A DNA stretch of 56,731 nt, from IMG/VR virus record IMGVR_UViG_3300023083_000005, positions 1-56,731 of that record, one strand, 5' to 3'. The notes under the pieces are model-generated. The model had not been told where the DNA came from, did no database searches, and saw only the letters and a program-made list of their open reading frames with translations. Positions within the stretch are counted from its first letter, which is position 1. Each line of letters starts with the position of its first letter. Positions 52,671 through 56,731 of this stretch are shown in pieces. The stretch is from a virus. A program made the translations under genes and the position numbers.

Positions 52671-53240
52671 CTAGTCGTTCGCACGCTCAGAAGCAATAGC
52701 CTGTCGGATTTTCTCAAGCTCTGCCTCAAGGTACGCGCTGCGGATTTGGTCGCCCTGCACGGACTGTATGAAATCGCGGAACGGTTCTGCAAACGGCGTA
52801 CCCCACTGGATTTGTTCGTCGTCCGTGCCAGCTTTCAGCACAACGTATTCCAGCGGGAAGGACAGCCCCAAGGTTTCCCCGTTGTCATCCCATGCCGTGA
52901 CGTCGATGATTCCCACGACGATTTTCCCGCCGTCGAATTCCCGATCAGGCGCGTTGATGACGTACTGAGTTTCTGGCTTGAGAATGTCAATACCGTCGAG
53001 AATTTCCACGATGGTTTTGTGATCCTTCGTCCCGTAGGCGCGTTTCAATTCCGCGTAGCTCATGCCCACCTGTCGGCCCGCTCGCACCTCTGCAACAATG
53101 TCGTGACGCACCTGTGCAAGCTCTTCTGCGATCATTGCGCGCGCCCTGTCCTCGGCTTCGACGCGAATCGTCTGCTCCCTCTTGCGAAGCGTCTGAATGC
53201 GATTTGTCGGGCCGATGAATCGCGGGTCTAATTTTGTCAT
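52671..53240 (-). CDS. hypothetical protein (189 aa), first gene after the AT-rich island
   Basis: GGGAG RBS before ATG 53240; the track extension to 53426 runs through AT-rich non-coding DNA. Confidence 0.6.
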   Translation of the reverse strand: MTKLDPRFIGPTNRIQTLRKREQTIRVEAEDRARAMIAEELAQVRHDIVAEVRAGRQVGMSYAELKRAYGTKDHKTIVEILDGIDILKPETQYVINAPDREFDGGKIVVGIIDVTAWDDNGETLGLSFPLEYVVLKAGTDDEQIQWGTPFAEPFRDFIQSVQGDQIRSAYLEAELEKIRQAIASERAND

Positions 53241-53548
53241 GAATCTCCCTAGTGTTATGTGAAAATGGGGATTGCCTAGTAATAAAACCTTACGCAATCT
53301 CCTAACACTGTACCACGGGAAAACGCGTTTTCGGGTGTTTTTGGTGGTTTTTGTGGGTGTGTGAAAAATGCGTTTCCAGCAAATACAAGGGAAGTAGTTT
53401 GCGGTTCCCCCCCTCGTCTTATACAACGATAGTTATTCAGTTATATTATGTTACCCACGTATATAGATATATTTATAGAGGGGGTGGGTTGGCTGTTGCT
53501 ACTTCCCAGTGTTTACAAGGAATTGGGCATTTAGACGACAGTTGTTGT

Positions 53549-53869
53549 CTAGACCGAAATCAGGTTCCAACAGTCGAAAGGATTGCCACCACAGTGGACA
53601 CAGTTTGTTGCTGTGAGCATGTTTGCGTGCCATGCCTTGACGTAGTTTTCACAGACCAGAAACGGCCTGTAGGGAGCTTTGGGACAGGGAATGGATTTTG
53701 CTACCACCGAGTAAGAACAGACGGGGTTTCCCTGAGTCGGCAAGTGCCTTGACTCACACTTGCACTCATCGGCAGACTCAAGGAATTCTAAGAACTCTTT
53801 GTAGTCGGTCAGGTCAAGCGGGGCGAGTTGTTGCTGTGTCTCCGTTGTTGACGGCATGGTGTCAGCCAT
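53549..53869 (-). CDS. Cys-rich hypothetical protein (106 aa)
   Basis: ORF track; about 10 Cys residues. Confidence 0.6.
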   Translation of the reverse strand: MADTMPSTTETQQQLAPLDLTDYKEFLEFLESADECKCESRHLPTQGNPVCSYSVVAKSIPCPKAPYRPFLVCENYVKAWHANMLTATNCVHCGGNPFDCWNLISV

Positions 53870-54024
53870 TAGAAACGGCCTCCGTTCACGGCGTAGGTTT
53901 TACGGACGGCTTTACGCTCTATGGTCAAGTACTTGGCTGAGAGCGTGCGAGTGCTGTCAGGGCGCTTTACCGGAGTTACTTCGTCGGTGTCGTCGTCGTC
54001 ACGGAATTTCAGTTGCGTTGCCAT
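53869..54024 (-). CDS. hypothetical protein (51 aa)
   Basis: Hand translation MATQLKFRDDDDTDEVTPVKRPDSTRTLSAKYL...; GAAAGG RBS; TAATG overlap with the downstream gene. Confidence 0.5.
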   Translation of the reverse strand: MATQLKFRDDDDTDEVTPVKRPDSTRTLSAKYLTIERKAVRKTYAVNGGRF

Positions 54025-54053
54025 TGTCTTGCCTTTCGTTGTGGGTTGGTTGA

Positions 54054-54350
54054 TTACTTGGTGTCAACGGGGCGGCACATGCGGTTGCCCATTGTCTTGC
54101 AGTTCCAGTAGATCGAAATCTCTGAAATCGTGGTGTTGTCGGAAAGGGTGTCATGTTCGCCGAAACCGTCGTTGTCGCCAGACTCGTCAAGGGATTTCAT
54201 TTGCTTGGCGTGGAGTGCGTCGGCACGGTCTTGGATTTGCTGTTGACCCTGCGTGTACTCCACGACGATTGAGAGGGGAGCGAGCGCGGCGGCTGTGGTC
54301 AGGATTGCGACTACGGCTACCAGCGTGCGGGGTTTCATTACTGCGAACAT
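54054..54350 (-). CDS. secreted/membrane-anchored protein (98 aa)
   Basis: N-terminal signal-like MKPRTLVAVVAILTTAAALAPLS. Confidence 0.6.
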   Translation of the reverse strand: MFAVMKPRTLVAVVAILTTAAALAPLSIVVEYTQGQQQIQDRADALHAKQMKSLDESGDNDGFGEHDTLSDNTTISEISIYWNCKTMGNRMCRPVDTK

Positions 54351-54446
54351 GGTGTGTGCCCTTCTGAGCGAGGTTTAGGGTTGGTTTGGGGGAATGTACC
54401 GGGGAGGGGCTGCAAGTCGCTTAGAACGGCTCACAGCCCCTAGGGG

Positions 54447-55376
54447 CTAGCTGACGGTGGTCAGTACCGATTCGCAGTTTTCACACACCAACTGCTGTGC
54501 GTTGTACCACTTGATCGGCACGGTAACGGTCAGTTGCTTGCCGTTGTCGTCGTAGCACTCACAGCCGACCTTGACGGTGGTCTTTTCTGCCGCTGCCTTG
54601 GCCTTGGCGGGCTTGCGGTGTGTGGTGAGGGATGCCGCCAGCAGTTCGAGAATGTCGGCGTAGTCCACCTGTGCCTGAGTGGTCAGGCCGGTTGTGACGT
54701 GCCCGATGGACGAGTTTTCCTCGACGATCAGGCCCATTGACTCAGCAGTGTCACGGAACTTGCGGTTGTGGAAACGTCCCTGACGGCTCGTGTCTTTGAT
54801 GTTCTGGGCGTGGGCGCTGGCGTGGGCGGCTTCGTGGATCAGGGTTACCAGTGTCGGCTCAGCGCCCCGGGCGAGCGATTCACTCGACATGAGGATTTCG
54901 TGACGGCCCGAACCGGCGTGCTCGCCTGTCGTGTCAGCCCAGCTACCCGGCTCGAAGTGGCCGTGCTTTTTGCCGGAGCCTGAGGCAATGATGACGGCGA
55001 GCGCGGTGGGCACGTTGGGGTTCAACTCGCGGATACGGCCCATTGCCGCGTCAAGGGCGGTCAGGATGGAGACCGTGGGGGTGTGGGCGGTCTCGACGGT
55101 GGGCGCTTCGTAGTAGGTCTCTTCCTGCATCTGCGCGAGAATGTCGTCCCCCGAAATTGACAACTCAGCGTCAACCGGCGTCTCAGTCACGGTGAACGGG
55201 ATGCCGGGGTACTCGACCGGTGCGGGAGCGTCAGCAGCGGCATAGACGGTCGAAGAGGCAACCCCGGCTTGTGTGCGCTGCATCGCGGCGAACTCGCGAG
55301 CACCCTTGCGCGCGGTGTGGTTCATGCGGAACTCGGGGGAGTTGTCCGTGTAGGTGGTAACGGTAATCCAGTTCAT
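54447..55376 (-). CDS. SprT-like HExxH zinc metalloprotease domain protein with C-terminal zinc ribbon
   Basis: TLIHEAAHASAH followed by GRFHNRKFRDTAESMGL; C-terminus CECYDD...CENCES. Confidence 0.6.
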   Translation of the reverse strand: MNWITVTTYTDNSPEFRMNHTARKGAREFAAMQRTQAGVASSTVYAAADAPAPVEYPGIPFTVTETPVDAELSISGDDILAQMQEETYYEAPTVETAHTPTVSILTALDAAMGRIRELNPNVPTALAVIIASGSGKKHGHFEPGSWADTTGEHAGSGRHEILMSSESLARGAEPTLVTLIHEAAHASAHAQNIKDTSRQGRFHNRKFRDTAESMGLIVEENSSIGHVTTGLTTQAQVDYADILELLAASLTTHRKPAKAKAAAEKTTVKVGCECYDDNGKQLTVTVPIKWYNAQQLVCENCESVLTTVS

Positions 55377-55454
55377 TGTCTTGCCTTTCGTAAGGGTTGG
55401 TTGGTGCGATTGAGTAAAGTCAAACAGGTTGGCGCGGGGTTGTCAAGGCTTTTC

Positions 55455-55739
55455 TTACAACCAAGCCCACACGGCGAAACGGTAACGAGCGCCGCCCAGA
55501 GTCGAACCACAACCCTCGCACGCACTCCAGCTAAAGTCGTGGATTCCGTTGCCGTCTTCCGGCCATTCCTCGCGGGGCAGTTCGTCCACGTCTACATCGA
55601 AGTTCGGCGTTGTGTCAGCGTCGAAGGTGGCACCATTCACCTTGTAGTAAAGGTGTTCACCCTCGTTCACGTTGCCAATCATGCAATCGGCGCATACCCA
55701 AAGCTGGGCGATAGGGGCGGTTGCGGTGAGGTTCGACAT
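55455..55739 (-). CDS. Cys-containing hypothetical protein (94 aa)
   Basis: ATG 55739 with GAAAGG RBS; CADC...CEGC. Confidence 0.55.
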   Translation of the reverse strand: MSNLTATAPIAQLWVCADCMIGNVNEGEHLYYKVNGATFDADTTPNFDVDVDELPREEWPEDGNGIHDFSWSACEGCGSTLGGARYRFAVWAWL

Positions 55740-55838
55740 GATGGGCCTTTCGATTCGGTGGATTCGAGCTATTGAGTAAAGCCTATGCGCGGGGGCGACC
55801 CAAGTCAATACCCCCGCGCAAAGTTCTTTCGCGAGTTT

Positions 55839-56135
55839 CTAGCGCGGGTAGTACACCACGCCGTTCAGGGTGACGAAATCGGTTCCCTGCCCATTACCGC
55901 GCTCGGAAGCGTCCCAGTAGCAGTTGTCCGAATCCTCGGATGCGCACGGAGGGAGGGTGTATGTCGGGCCTGACACGGGGGCGTCAATGGCGGGGGCTTC
56001 CTGTGAGGGGGCCTCTATTGCAGGGGCCTGTGAGGGGGCATCTACGGGGGCAGGGTCAGGGAGGCACGCCCCCATAGTGAGCAGCCCTACAGCTACGGCG
56101 GCGAGGGACAGGGAGGCGAGGTGAGAGGTACGCAT
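55839..56135 (-). CDS. lipoprotein (98 aa), first gene of the leftward arm
   Basis: ATG 56135 with GGAG RBS; signal + lipobox LLTMGAC; Pro/Ala-rich linker. The track extension into the CA-rich region was rejected. Confidence 0.65.
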   Translation of the reverse strand: MRTSHLASLSLAAVAVGLLTMGACLPDPAPVDAPSQAPAIEAPSQEAPAIDAPVSGPTYTLPPCASEDSDNCYWDASERGNGQGTDFVTLNGVVYYPR

Positions 56136-56604
56136 GATGACTCCAATGAGTGAGAGGCACGCACACACAGCGTGTACGTGAGAGACAGTCAACCAACAGC
56201 GAGGTAGGCAGCACAAGGGGTAAGCGTTGACGATATGAACAACAAACACTGTGGATACACACATGCACATGTACCCCAATACAATGAGCGGTACACAAGT
56301 GGGCAGTACACAGCTACACCAATGGGGTACAGATGCGCTCTAACGCACGAACAGCACAGGGGTAGGGGTAGCGGGTGGATACAGGGGGTAAGGCGCTTAG
56401 AGAGGCACACAGGGCTGCTGAGAGGCATACACATACAGCACACCATGCGCTAGCACACATGCATGCACAGCACAAGGGGTTGAACTATGAGAGTGAGTGT
56501 GCACTGAGTGACGCGCGCACAGCATACGTGCGGGCAACTCAGAGACAACTCATTGGAAGCTCACAGGTTGAAAGAATTCGAAAGATTGTCAGGAAAGTTG
56601 GGGG

Positions 56605-56731
56605 GAGGGGCCCGGGGCGCACCTCCATGCGTCTCTCGCCTTTATTTCGGTGTCAGGTGACCCCATATGTAAAATTTTGGCCCGATTTTTTACACGTTTG
56701 GCCCATGTGTAAAATTTTTTGCCATTTTTTC
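56605..56731. repeat. Terminal direct repeat, copy 2 (identical to 1..127)
   Basis: Exact repeat of window start. Confidence 0.95.

Noticed and set aside
56056-56453. Track ORFs in the CA-rich junction (80-85 aa, both strands) and the N-terminal extension of 55839..56279
   Set aside because: Their translations are Cys/His/Thr/Val repeats that mirror the CA/TG dinucleotide bias. A good RBS and signal peptide begin only at ATG 56135.

Overview
The window is a complete, GC-rich siphovirus-type actinobacteriophage genome. It is assembled as a circle: bases 1..127 are identical to 56605..56731, giving a 56,604-bp unit.

Layout: two arms converge on a bidirectional terminator at about 27.5 kb and diverge from a roughly 0.65-kb non-coding junction (56136..56731 joined to 1..211).

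- Rightward arm (+, 212..27443): 11-13 small unknown genes, tRNA-Asn and tRNA-Trp, TerS/TerL, portal, protease-scaffold, decoration-like protein and major capsid. These are followed by a DUF4082/tandem-repeat head-module protein, neck genes, two paralogous major tail proteins, chaperones and the tape measure. The arm ends with Dit, an NHL/CBM tail protein, M15 endolysin, holin-like membrane proteins and a DnaQ-like exonuclease.
- Leftward arm (-, 27545..56135): RuvC-like resolvase, AEP primase-helicase, a degenerate tRNA-like element, SSB, exonuclease + ERF recombinase, a WhiB-domain protein and a DUF4082 protein. It also carries an SNF2 helicase, a class-II glutamine amidotransferase + amidoligase operon, an LAxTG sortase-anchored surface protein, lipoproteins and a SprT-like metalloprotease.
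- I saw no integrase, repressor, DNA polymerase, CRISPR array or transposase.

Most unusual observations:
1. A 6-kb tandem array (46476..52583) of about ten paralogous early genes. They are built from roughly 15 copies of a GDR(V/I) small beta-barrel module. Seven of them end in a conserved EEL-x-(W/G)-(V/I)-L helix that is kept at protein level while codons have diverged.
2. The amidotransferase can only include its catalytic Cys if translation starts at a non-canonical ATC codon.
3. There is a phage-encoded LAETG cell-wall sorting substrate.
4. The non-coding islands are structured: CA-rich repeats, phased A/T tracts, and an AT-rich core flanked by inverted repeats.
5. A TAnnnT(GGTA) motif recurs 6-7 nt upstream of ATG codons, which suggests leaderless transcripts.

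All functional calls come from motif recognition by eye, not from database searches.
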